Part shown: positions 17,498 through 24,509 of the stretch, piece by piece | Layout of the letters: every line of letters begins with the position of its first letter | Position numbering within the stretch: the first letter of the stretch is position 1 | Virus record (IMG/VR): IMGVR_UViG_3300032255_000016 | Span: 1 to 30,577 of that record | Direction: 5' to 3' (one strand) | Source: a virus | Lineage: Duplodnaviria; Caudoviricetes | Length of the DNA stretch: 30,577 nucleotides | Notes under the pieces: model-generated | What the model saw: only the letters and a program-made list of their open reading frames with translations | What the model was told of the DNA's origin: nothing | Database searches by the model: none | Position numbers and translations under genes: made by a program

Positions 17498-17738
17498 CTG
17501 TCACCTCCGGCAGCGTAATGTCGGCCCACATAGTCGGGTCAGCTTCGGCCCATTCCAGCCCGCCTTCATCCCATGTAATAAACCACTTGTCATCCCACTT
17601 GCCGATGCCAACGTGGCGCTGATCTCCAAACGGCCCAACGTGACCCTCGATATAAGCATCTTCTTCAAGTAACAAGATTGGCTTATCCTTTGGCGCTGTG
17701 CCCATTGGCCGCCATGATATCTTTGCGGGTCGTGCCAT
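17487..17738 (-). CDS. DUF551-like small protein (~83 aa)
   Basis: Start at ATG 17738 (TAATG overlap with terL). WRPMGTAPKDKPILL...PTMWADITLP resembles the WQPIETAPKD...PTHWMPLP family. Confidence 0.6.
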   Translation of the reverse strand: MARPAKISWRPMGTAPKDKPILLLEEDAYIEGHVGPFGDQRHVGIGKWDDKWFITWDEGGLEWAEADPTMWADITLPEVTDGT

Positions 17739-19045
17739 TATGCGTATCCCTTTAGGTTCCGCCGGATAGGCTTGCCCCAACTGCTTTCGTCAACGCGGTT
17801 CAGGAAATCAATGCACATGCCGCCAAATGCGTCCGCGCCGTGCGATGCCCAGTCATGTTCTGGTCCAAGGCCGATATTTCGCTCTGCGTCGCGGCGCTCG
17901 TGATACCATGCCAGCGCCTCGCGCCCGCCCTGCGTCTTGTCCCGGTCAAACCGAATGGACGGAAACACCCGCCGCGTTGCCTCTACCCTCTGAATGGCCG
18001 CGCCAGCGCCAAGGTTAGGCATTACCTGCACCTGAAACCCGGCCTCGCGCAGATAGCTCTGAGGCGTGACCTTATGAACCGTGTCGTGCTTTTTACCATC
18101 ATGCGGTAGCTTGCAGATTGCTTCGCCGTGTCCGTTGCGTCGCAGCCAGCCAACGTGTTCGCTGAACTCCTGCCCGATAGCCTCGTAGTAATCTATGACG
18201 CGCAGTTCAGCCCCGACAAACTGGCATACCCAAATCGTTGTTGCGTCACTTTTGTTGCTGGTTCCGCCAATATCCCAATAGGCGAATTTGCTTAGAAGCG
18301 GGTCAATCGCGGTGTTGCCAATCCGGCCATCGCGTTCCGCTGCCTCCAAGTGGCTGGCGTAGTATGCGCCCTCATATACTCGGGCGTATTCGCCTTCCCA
18401 AATGTGCCCATATCTATCGGGATCTGTCTTGAGCGAGTGCTGCCTTTCCTGTTCAAGTTCCTTGGGGAACCAAGGGTTATCGCTCCAATTGCATTGAACA
18501 ACGATTGCGTCTTTCGGCTTGAGCGGGCCGCGCAACATCTTGTCTACCGGATCTTTTGCGCTGCGTGGGTTCCACGGGAACCACATTTCAGACCCAGGTG
18601 TTCGGATCGTCGGGCGCAGCATCTCGATTGACTTAGCAGACAACGCCTGCGCTTCCTCACACAGCGCCCTGTGAAATCCTTCCAGCGATTTGATGCTTTC
18701 CGCAGTGTGGTCTTTCATGCCTTGGAATATCATCAGGCCATCGCCAGGCGTTTCTATCACGTCCTTGAATACCTTGAAGCCCTGCGCCTCGCCTAAACCA
18801 AACTTCTGCATCTTCGTTTCGATCAGGTGTTTGGCGGATTCCTTGAGAGTCCGCTGAACTTCCCGAATGCCTACCAGTCGCAAACCTTCGCCAAATTCGC
18901 CGGGGAACCTTAGCGCGTCTTCTACAGCAAGTTCGCCAAAGAAGTGCGACTTACCAGATCCCCGCCCGCCGTGAGCGCCTTTATATCGTGCTGGTTGCAG
19001 CAAAGGCGCAAGCGCCGATGCCGTCTCAATTATCAGGTGTGACAA
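17738..19045 (-). CDS. terL: Terminase large subunit (PBSX/Sf6-like, 435 aa)
   Basis: Walker A GGRGSGKS, IKSLEGF..ALCEEAQ Walker B, WNPR, NWSDNPWFP, nuclease AYWDIG and HDWASHGADAF. Confidence 0.96.
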   Translation of the reverse strand: MSHLIIETASALAPLLQPARYKGAHGGRGSGKSHFFGELAVEDALRFPGEFGEGLRLVGIREVQRTLKESAKHLIETKMQKFGLGEAQGFKVFKDVIETPGDGLMIFQGMKDHTAESIKSLEGFHRALCEEAQALSAKSIEMLRPTIRTPGSEMWFPWNPRSAKDPVDKMLRGPLKPKDAIVVQCNWSDNPWFPKELEQERQHSLKTDPDRYGHIWEGEYARVYEGAYYASHLEAAERDGRIGNTAIDPLLSKFAYWDIGGTSNKSDATTIWVCQFVGAELRVIDYYEAIGQEFSEHVGWLRRNGHGEAICKLPHDGKKHDTVHKVTPQSYLREAGFQVQVMPNLGAGAAIQRVEATRRVFPSIRFDRDKTQGGREALAWYHERRDAERNIGLGPEHDWASHGADAFGGMCIDFLNRVDESSWGKPIRRNLKGYA

Positions 19046-19460
19046 TGCGTCGTTCTATCTGTGTGACTTTCAGTTCGCCAGAGTGTTCAACGTCTAGCTT
19101 TTCGCCGTATTTCTTTGGCCGCATTTTACCGGCCATCCATTTGCGAGCGTCGATCCGCACCCTGCTGCGTTGGATGTGTTCGCCGTTCAATTGCCAGCCT
19201 TCGCTATTCTCTCCCGCCCGCTCCATCCAGTCGTTTGCCGCATCGTCTGCGATGTCTAGGATTTCATCGAATATCGTGTCAGCTTGAACTTCCCGCGCAT
19301 GCGCGTATTGCTGACAGAGTGCGCCGCCGTCATCCTTCACCAGCCACCTATGCACAGTCCGTTGATCTGGCATGTCATCCCGCAAGCAAATAGACCGCAG
19401 GCTTTCCCCGTTCGCTATGCTTTCGCAAATGTCATCGAATAGAGATTTCTTGAACTTCAT
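19026..19460 (-). CDS. terS: Terminase small subunit (Sf6 gp1-like, 144 aa)
   Basis: ICESIANGESLRSIC...MPDQRTVHRWL, QYAHARE, RVRIDARKWMAGKMRPKKYG motifs. Directly upstream of terL. Confidence 0.93.
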   Translation of the reverse strand: MKFKKSLFDDICESIANGESLRSICLRDDMPDQRTVHRWLVKDDGGALCQQYAHAREVQADTIFDEILDIADDAANDWMERAGENSEGWQLNGEHIQRSRVRIDARKWMAGKMRPKKYGEKLDVEHSGELKVTQIERRIVTPDN

Positions 19461-19763
19461 GTGTTTAGGCCCGCCACGTTGCCGGGCAGGCTCCTCTTGC
19501 TGAGAATGTGATTATGTCCCGCCCGGATTTAACGAGGCGACGGGGTTCCTCGCACACTGTCTTTTCACCTAGGGCAATGCGATACGGCTATTTCCCCGCG
19601 CCACCTTGCCAAGATACCTCCTACGAGGACCGCACAAACCGCGACAAGGTGCAGAAGGTGCAGCATAGACCGGCATTGTAATCCGGCATGAGAACCGACC
19701 CGTGCGCTTTCGCGTAAAGGGGCCGGTCATATTCAGATGATCCTGACAAGATAAACTGAATGC
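19461..19763 (-). ncRNA. Candidate structured late-leader RNA / ncRNA (~300 nt)
   Basis: Largest non-coding gap in the window. Consecutive stems by eye, including GAAA- and GCAA-capped hairpins; G-U pairs favour the minus strand. No known family recognised. Confidence 0.5.
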
Positions 19764-19791
19764 AAAAACGCCAAATCCTAAAACCGGGCGT
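19764..19791 (-). terminator. Promoter-proximal terminator-like hairpin (tR'-like)
   Basis: Minus strand ACGCC-C-GGTT-TTAG-GATT-T-GGCGT followed by TTTT. Weak stem with several G-U pairs. Confidence 0.4.
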
Positions 19792-20368
19792 AATTCGTCA
19801 CAGTCAACTTTTCATATTCTTTACGTGGTGTCAAGCGCCCCTTCACACCCGCCACAACATCCAGCGCAGACCGCACCAGTTCCACATTCGCAGGTGCCCT
19901 GCCATTTATCACCGTCCATAGCAGCGCGCCCTCCTGCCAATATGTCAGCTTGGCGGATATATCACGCCACGCCTGCATGGCATCCGGGTTGCCGTCGCCT
20001 CCATCATGGCCGACCGGCGACATATCCAGGCATGACCGGCCCTGAGACACGCCCATTTCCGCGATGTATCCGGCCCATGCTGTTTGCACCATTCGCGCGG
20101 CCTGCTCCTGCGCGTTTGTAATGAACTTGTTCTCATACATCAGCCCAATCAGGTCAGCGGTAATATCGACTGCTGGGCTGTTGTGCTTGCCCATGCCCTG
20201 TGGAAGTCGCCATTCGCCGCGTTTGAAACGCTCAGGCGTTGGTCTGACAGCCAAGTCTGCGCTTTTGGTGGCACCCCCCACGTATTGCACAGAAAGCCCG
20301 TCACCTGCCCTAAGATCACGCACCTGCATTTTTTGGCGTGGTTTTCTTTTTCGGTCGCCTTTTCCCAC
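19778..20368 (-). CDS. Putative late-transcription regulator (Q-position protein, ~196 aa)
   Basis: Probable GTG start at 20368 (AAGGGG SD; ORF track extends to 20407). Last gene of the early operon before the late promoter; helical ITNAQEQAAR...VRSALDVVA. Function inferred from position. Confidence 0.5.
   Translation of the reverse strand: MGKGDRKRKPRQKMQVRDLRAGDGLSVQYVGGATKSADLAVRPTPERFKRGEWRLPQGMGKHNSPAVDITADLIGLMYENKFITNAQEQAARMVQTAWAGYIAEMGVSQGRSCLDMSPVGHDGGDGNPDAMQAWRDISAKLTYWQEGALLWTVINGRAPANVELVRSALDVVAGVKGRLTPRKEYEKLTVTNYARF
19806..19834 (-). promoter_or_regulatory. Putative late promoter (pR'-like)
   Basis: Perfect TTGACA (19834-19829), 17-nt spacer, TGa-AAAGTT (-10 at 19811-19806), inside the 3' end of the upstream regulator gene. 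Confidence 0.55.
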
Positions 20369-20396
20369 CTGATGCCCCTTTATGCTGTTCTGGCCG

Positions 20397-20615
20397 TTAT
20401 TCACCAACGCTTAGAAGCGCCAGTTTAGCCTGTTCGAGTAGCCACAGAACCTCGCCGCCATCCGCGCATGACGACGCGAAGCCAAGTTCGCCGTCTTCAT
20501 TCCACCCGATCACCACGACGCTTTCAGCGCACCAATCCTTCGCCTGTTCAAGTATCCGATCAACCGGCAGGTCTAGCTTCGTGATGCCGCCTATAGGAAT
20601 TACATTGTCGCTCAT
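20397..20615 (-). CDS. Conserved hypothetical phage protein (72 aa)
   Basis: ATGA-coupled. MSDNVIPIGGITKLDLPVDRIL...VVVIGW..DGEL.FASS...VLWLLE. Confidence 0.75.
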   Translation of the reverse strand: MSDNVIPIGGITKLDLPVDRILEQAKDWCAESVVVIGWNEDGELGFASSCADGGEVLWLLEQAKLALLSVGE

Positions 20616-20794
20616 TTCGACATTCCCGCCAACCGAACCCTATTATCCCGGCGTAAATCGCGCAGCTCACGGTTCTTTGCTGCCATATCTCTTTCCATGC
20701 CGCTGATAACTTTTTGCAGCCGTTCGCATTCGCTTAGAAGCCTATTGATCTCGTGACCCTGTGCTATGGCGCGGGCTTGGGGTTCTATGGTCAT
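20612..20794 (-). CDS. Small coiled-coil hypothetical protein (~60 aa)
   Basis: ATG 20794 overlaps the upstream TGA; GGAGG SD; heptad-like sequence. Confidence 0.65.
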   Translation of the reverse strand: MTIEPQARAIAQGHEINRLLSECERLQKVISGMERDMAAKNRELRDLRRDNRVRLAGMSK

Positions 20795-21105
20795 TCTTCG
20801 TCCTCCGCTATCAGAGCGCGGATGATTGCCAAGAGCCACGCGCGGGCTGGAATATCTGACATACCATATTGTCTAGGGCCGTTCTCGCCAAGAAATACGT
20901 CCGTCCTGTCTGTTGTAACCCAAAAATCCCACCCCGTCAGAAGCGCCTCGTGCAGTGCCTTGGCTGCGTCTAGGGAACCGTCTTCATACGTTCTCCCAAA
21001 GTTAGGATATGTGCTATAGTGCAACGGATAATTTTCGTCCAGACAATCCCATTCCCCCGCCTCTACCTTCGCCAGCAGTTCTTTCAGTGCTTTGACATCG
21101 GTCAT
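20791..21105 (-). CDS. Hypothetical phage protein (104 aa)
   Basis: GGAGGT SD, ATGA overlap. GSLDAAKALHEALL.GW and PARAWLLAIIRALIA motifs. Confidence 0.75.
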   Translation of the reverse strand: MTDVKALKELLAKVEAGEWDCLDENYPLHYSTYPNFGRTYEDGSLDAAKALHEALLTGWDFWVTTDRTDVFLGENGPRQYGMSDIPARAWLLAIIRALIAEDEE

Positions 21106-21398
21106 TCGATCACCTCCCGAACATGGATTACCGAACCTGAAAGTGTTAACATCTCAGCCTCAGTTTTTGTTTTGCAAGCTGCGTTATCTGCTATCCACCA
21201 CTCGCCCGGTTCGCGGTGTTCCTTAACAACCCGGAAGGCGTCAAAACATCCAAACCAATCCTGGTCGCCAGCGCGAGCATTGATTACGCTAAAACTTTGA
21301 CCGTCTTCTATCCACAAAGCATCAATGCGGCTTTCAGGATGCACCGGGCATTCGCCAACATCCCATCCATGCCACTTGCCATCGTTGTAGTCGGTCAT
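21102..21398 (-). CDS. Hypothetical phage protein (~98 aa)
   Basis: ATG 21398 with GGAGG SD and ATGA overlap. MTDYNDGKWHGWDVGECPVHPES. Confidence 0.75.
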   Translation of the reverse strand: MTDYNDGKWHGWDVGECPVHPESRIDALWIEDGQSFSVINARAGDQDWFGCFDAFRVVKEHREPGEWWIADNAACKTKTEAEMLTLSGSVIHVREVIE

Positions 21399-21676
21399 TT
21401 CAGCCTCCACATATTCACGCGGTCAACAGTGTCCCGATCGATAACGCCAGCATCCTGCATCCGGCTCAATAACCTGCCCGCGCCGTGCGTTGTCATTTGC
21501 AGCGTCCGTGCGGCCTCTTCGGTGGTGCGCCACCGGTTAAGAATGCTGGTGAGAATGCGCACACTATCGCCGTGACGTTCCCAAAACGCCGTGATATCTG
21601 AGACCTGTTTAGGTTGCGCTTTGCGTTCCGGCGTGGGCCAGTTTGCCGGCATTCTGGTTTGGCTGAGAAGGCTCAT
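21395..21676 (-). CDS. Winged helix-turn-helix-like protein (93 aa)
   Basis: TTEEAARTLQMTTHGAGRLLSRMQDAGVI...VNMWRL pattern. Confidence 0.6.
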   Translation of the reverse strand: MSLLSQTRMPANWPTPERKAQPKQVSDITAFWERHGDSVRILTSILNRWRTTEEAARTLQMTTHGAGRLLSRMQDAGVIDRDTVDRVNMWRLK

Positions 21677-21710
21677 TGTGCCCGCTCATGTGCTGATAGA
21701 TTTTTATGTT

Positions 21711-21902
21711 TCAAGTGAAGCATTCAAACCCGCCTTCATCGTTCATTCTAAACCCAAGCGAAGCCAGCTGAGAAACCTCGTCTTTGGTAAAGCTGTCTGC
21801 CATTGGCCACAGAAAAAGCTCGTCGTGCTCGGCGCAAACTTCTCCCGATTTTCCGCTTCCGTTCAAAATCACGAGGGCCTTTTGTAACTTGTCGATATTC
21901 AT
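21711..21902 (-). CDS. Hypothetical protein (63 aa)
   Basis: AGGAG SD; fills the gap in the operon; CAEHDELF motif. Confidence 0.7.
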   Translation of the reverse strand: MNIDKLQKALVILNGSGKSGEVCAEHDELFLWPMADSFTKDEVSQLASLGFRMNDEGGFECFT

Positions 21903-21903
21903 G

Positions 21904-22158
21904 TCATTTCTCCTGTTCTGCTATCAACGCATCAACCGCGCGCCAAACGGCAGACCTCGCCGATTCCTCGCAACGGTTTATGGCTACGGCAATGGCGCTG
22001 TATTTCATCTCCAGATCCCGGCGCATTCTGAGCGCGGCGTAGTCCCTGGCTCGCGTGACATAGGCCCGCTTTGTTGGGGACACGATCAACGCCGGGGCGA
22101 GACGGTATCTCTTTGCCACTTTGCGTAGAATGGCCTGCGCTGCCTGTTCCTCGGTCAT
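21904..22158 (-). CDS. DnaA domain-IV-like HTH protein (~84 aa)
   Basis: ATG 22158 (ATGA). ILRKVAKRYRL...IVSPTKRAYVTRARDYA...LEMKYSAIAVAINR resembles the DnaA C-terminal domain pattern. Confidence 0.65.
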   Translation of the reverse strand: MTEEQAAQAILRKVAKRYRLAPALIVSPTKRAYVTRARDYAALRMRRDLEMKYSAIAVAINRCEESARSAVWRAVDALIAEQEK

Positions 22159-22688
22159 TTGCGCGGCCCTCGATCTGAAACGCATTTCTTGCGAAGCCGC
22201 TCCGCAACATCGGCAATCTCCGCCGCCATTTCGGCCTTGCGTTCTGGCGTGGGTTCATCGCGGGGCGCGAGTGGCGCGCTGTGCAGGTTAGGCCCGCGCA
22301 TCGCCTTTTGGCGGGTGTATTCCACCACCGCGAAATGTTGCTGGCACAATTTCCGAATGCCCGCGATTGTCGGCTTGCGTTCCTGCGCTCGCAGCCATTC
22401 CCTGCAGGACTCATCAACCGCCCATTGTGGAAACTCCAACAGTGCATCGGCCCAATCCTGCGCAACGGCCCGCGCCTCAGTCTCGGACATAGGCGACACG
22501 TAGAAGTGGCTGAGAAGGGTCGCAATCCGGCCCATGAGCCATCGTTTCTCCACCGGGCGGCGTAACGTCTCGCATTGTCGCAGAAGGGTCTGCGCTTCTT
22601 CCATCGTAGTCAACGGCCTCTGCGCCGAATCCCGCATGGAGCGCGCCATGCGGATCGGATCTGTGGTTGCCACTATGTCGTTTGCCAT
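22155..22688 (-). CDS. Putative helicase loader / replication protein P-position protein (~177 aa)
   Basis: ATG 22688 with GGAG SD. DWADALLEFPQWAVDESCREWL...KPTIAGIRKLC resembles loader/inhibitor domains. Follows the initiator. Confidence 0.6.
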   Translation of the reverse strand: MANDIVATTDPIRMARSMRDSAQRPLTTMEEAQTLLRQCETLRRPVEKRWLMGRIATLLSHFYVSPMSETEARAVAQDWADALLEFPQWAVDESCREWLRAQERKPTIAGIRKLCQQHFAVVEYTRQKAMRGPNLHSAPLAPRDEPTPERKAEMAAEIADVAERLRKKCVSDRGPRK

Positions 22689-23358
22689 TTTGGGTCTCCA
22701 TTGGTTCGATTTCATCATTCCACCGTTCATCGTTTAGCCACGATGCCGGATGTGGAATGTATGTCGCCTCTTTGCCAAGAACAGATTTGGCGTGTCTATC
22801 CATGCCGCGCCCAATGTCTTCGGCGCTGGCTTTCTTGCGGGCGTCTCCATAAGCCTTTCTGGCGCGGCCCTTGGCAACCTTGCGAGGGCATAGAACCCAG
22901 AAGGCATCAAAATCATCGCTGATCTGACCAATAGATAGAGAAGGTTTACCTTCTCTTTTTGGTTTTGGTTCTGGTTGGCATTGCGCTTGCAATGCGTCCG
23001 TATCTGGTATGCGTTGTTTTTGTTTGGTTTTTCTCCACCTTTCGTCCGCAGCGGCCTTCGCGCTACTGCGGCGTTCGTGACGCAGCGCAATGTGTTTGTC
23101 GCATTTACTCGACCATATACCGGCATCGGAAACAGACATTTTGCCTTCGTCCAAAAGATCTTGAACAGCCTTCTTGAAGCCGGGCAATGTGCAGCCGCAT
23201 CGCCTAGACAGCGCTTGCCATGACTGCCCTAATGGGGCCTCGGATTCATACATTAGGCAAATTAGAGTGATGTAAACGCCCTTCGTTGTCGCTGTCATTC
23301 CGCTAGTGCCCCCTAGGAAATCAGACGTATACAACTGAACATAGGGGCCGCCGTTCAT
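22477..23358 (-). CDS. Replication initiator (DUF1376/YdaU N-terminus, ~293 aa)
   Basis: ATG 23358 (ATGA). PYVQLYTSDFLGGT..MT..KGVYITLICLMY N-terminus and FDAFWVLCPRKVAK...YIPHPASWLNDERW C-terminal domain. Confidence 0.85.
   Translation of the reverse strand: MNGGPYVQLYTSDFLGGTSGMTATTKGVYITLICLMYESEAPLGQSWQALSRRCGCTLPGFKKAVQDLLDEGKMSVSDAGIWSSKCDKHIALRHERRSSAKAAADERWRKTKQKQRIPDTDALQAQCQPEPKPKREGKPSLSIGQISDDFDAFWVLCPRKVAKGRARKAYGDARKKASAEDIGRGMDRHAKSVLGKEATYIPHPASWLNDERWNDEIEPMETQNGKRHSGNHRSDPHGALHAGFGAEAVDYDGRSADPSATMRDVTPPGGETMAHGPDCDPSQPLLRVAYVRD
22945..23035. other. Candidate replication origin inside the initiator gene
   Basis: Inverted repeat GCATTGC-GCTT-GCAATGC (22978-22995), related ATGCG/GTAT motifs, flanked on both sides by strand-biased T-rich GGTTTT tracts. 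Lambdoid origins lie in the initiator linker. Confidence 0.5.
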
Positions 23359-23789
23359 AGCGCAGCCACCCCGCGCTTCCGTCCGATAACATTCCACGGC
23401 GGATCAAACCTTGATATGTGGGCAGCTTCTGCAATCCTGAGATTTTCCATGGGCACACGCAGAAACCATTTCTGAACCCACAATCCAACCTCGTCCAATT
23501 CCGTCAAAATGGGATGGCCGGACCACCTCTGCGCAAGCCGCTTCGACATGCCGACATAGGCGGGACGCGCGCGCTTGAACTCCATGTTGTCGACCAAAAG
23601 GAAAGCGTAGATAGCCGGAAAGTCACCAGTAGCGCCAAAATCTTTTGAGTAGCACTGTGGCGTTCTCCACCCCTCGTTTCTAAGGTCGGAACGCAAATCC
23701 AAGTAATCAAACGTCAGAAATTCAGCATCGGCAAGGGTGCTTTGCTCTTGTCTAAACGAGGTGTTTTGGGGTATGAAATGGGTCAACAA
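23355..23789 (-). CDS. GIY-YIG nuclease family protein (144 aa)
   Basis: PAIYAF...PAYVGMSKRLAQRWSGH...AEAAHISRFDPPWN motifs. Start codon uncertain (TTG). Confidence 0.8.
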   Translation of the reverse strand: MLTHFIPQNTSFRQEQSTLADAEFLTFDYLDLRSDLRNEGWRTPQCYSKDFGATGDFPAIYAFLLVDNMEFKRARPAYVGMSKRLAQRWSGHPILTELDEVGLWVQKWFLRVPMENLRIAEAAHISRFDPPWNVIGRKRGVAAL

Positions 23790-23821
23790 TCGTTTCCTAA
23801 TTCAGCTAGGTTTCGGTTCAG

Positions 23822-23852
23822 GGGTCGCAAGTGTTTGTCGCATTTGCGGCCC
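23822..23852. promoter_or_regulatory. Intergenic 12-bp hairpin with 7-nt loop
   Basis: Plus strand GGGTCGCAAGTG-TTTGTCG-CATTTGCGGCCC, fully paired with two G-U. Confidence 0.6.
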
Positions 23853-23859
23853 TGGCCAT

Positions 23860-23888
23860 TTCTTAGCACATGCCCCCGCGTTTATCAA
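23860..23888 (-). promoter_or_regulatory. Putative internal promoter upstream of GIY-YIG/replication genes
   Basis: TTGATA (23888-23883), 17-nt spacer, TGc-TAAGAA (23865-23860). Confidence 0.5.
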
Positions 23889-23910
23889 AGGGCTGTTTTG
23901 GTGGGTCACT

Positions 23911-24276
23911 TCACCACCCATCGAGTACATCTTTTACGTCATCAATAGACCTGACAACGAAATAATAGCCCCCGTTAGCATCCACCAAAGCCTCAACGGC
24001 TTTCTGATTTGGCTGCTGATAGTTGCCCTCTGCTTTGACCTCGAAGGCAATGAAACGGCCCTGATGCAGCACGATTAGGTCAGGTATGCCGGGAAGCATC
24101 CCGAGCGCTTTAGCGCGGCTCTGAGAAAGCATCCTCTGCTTTGGTGTCGCGCCTGGGATCTTCGACGCGATCTCGTTTGCTGGATGAAATATCAGGGCGT
24201 CTGGCATCACCTTGCGCAGATATGCCAGTATTGAACGATGAATAGGCCCTTCTCTGTCAACCTTTGCAGCCCTCAT
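23911..24276 (-). CDS. VRR-NUC domain nuclease (Holliday junction resolvase-like, ~121 aa)
   Basis: ATG 24276 (ATGA). GMLPGIPDLI...FIAFEVK...QPNQKA PD-(D/E)xK motif. Confidence 0.88.
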   Translation of the reverse strand: MRAAKVDREGPIHRSILAYLRKVMPDALIFHPANEIASKIPGATPKQRMLSQSRAKALGMLPGIPDLIVLHQGRFIAFEVKAEGNYQQPNQKAVEALVDANGGYYFVVRSIDDVKDVLDGW

Positions 24277-24509
24277 TCGCGCGACCACCAATTGGCAAGG
24301 GTTCCACTGTCGCGGAGAGTCTGAACGTGCGCCCGAACACGCGACACATTGCATTGCAGCCATAGCGCGATATCCTCAACGCCGTAACCTTCTGCCATGC
24401 GCATGTTGACGAGGTTCCGCCATTCCTGCGAATTGACGGGAACCTTATCTGCTTGTGTATATGGAGTCATGCCTAACCCGACGCGCTTAAACGACGATAT
24501 TTTACCCAT
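24273..24509 (-). CDS. Small HTH-like protein (65-78 aa)
   Basis: ATG at 24509 or 24470. RMAEGYGVEDIALWLQCNVSRVRAHV HTH pattern. Confidence 0.6.
   Translation of the reverse strand: MGKISSFKRVGLGMTPYTQADKVPVNSQEWRNLVNMRMAEGYGVEDIALWLQCNVSRVRAHVQTLRDSGTLANWWSRE

Noticed and set aside
19569-19730. 53-codon minus-strand ORF (MTGPFTRKRTG...) in the late leader
   Set aside because: No SD, and Arg/Cys/Pro-rich composition typical of non-coding GC-rich sequence. RNA structure explains the region better, though translation is not excluded.
19461-19763. tRNA, tmRNA or self-cleaving ribozyme (hammerhead, HDV-like, pistol)
   Set aside because: No cloverleaf/TTCGA arm or CUGAUGA core found. TCCTCG-like loops lack the flanking P3/P1.1 pairings on either strand by eye.
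21673-21714. 13-codon TTG mini-ORF bridging two early genes
   Set aside because: Too short with no SD; cannot be distinguished from chance.
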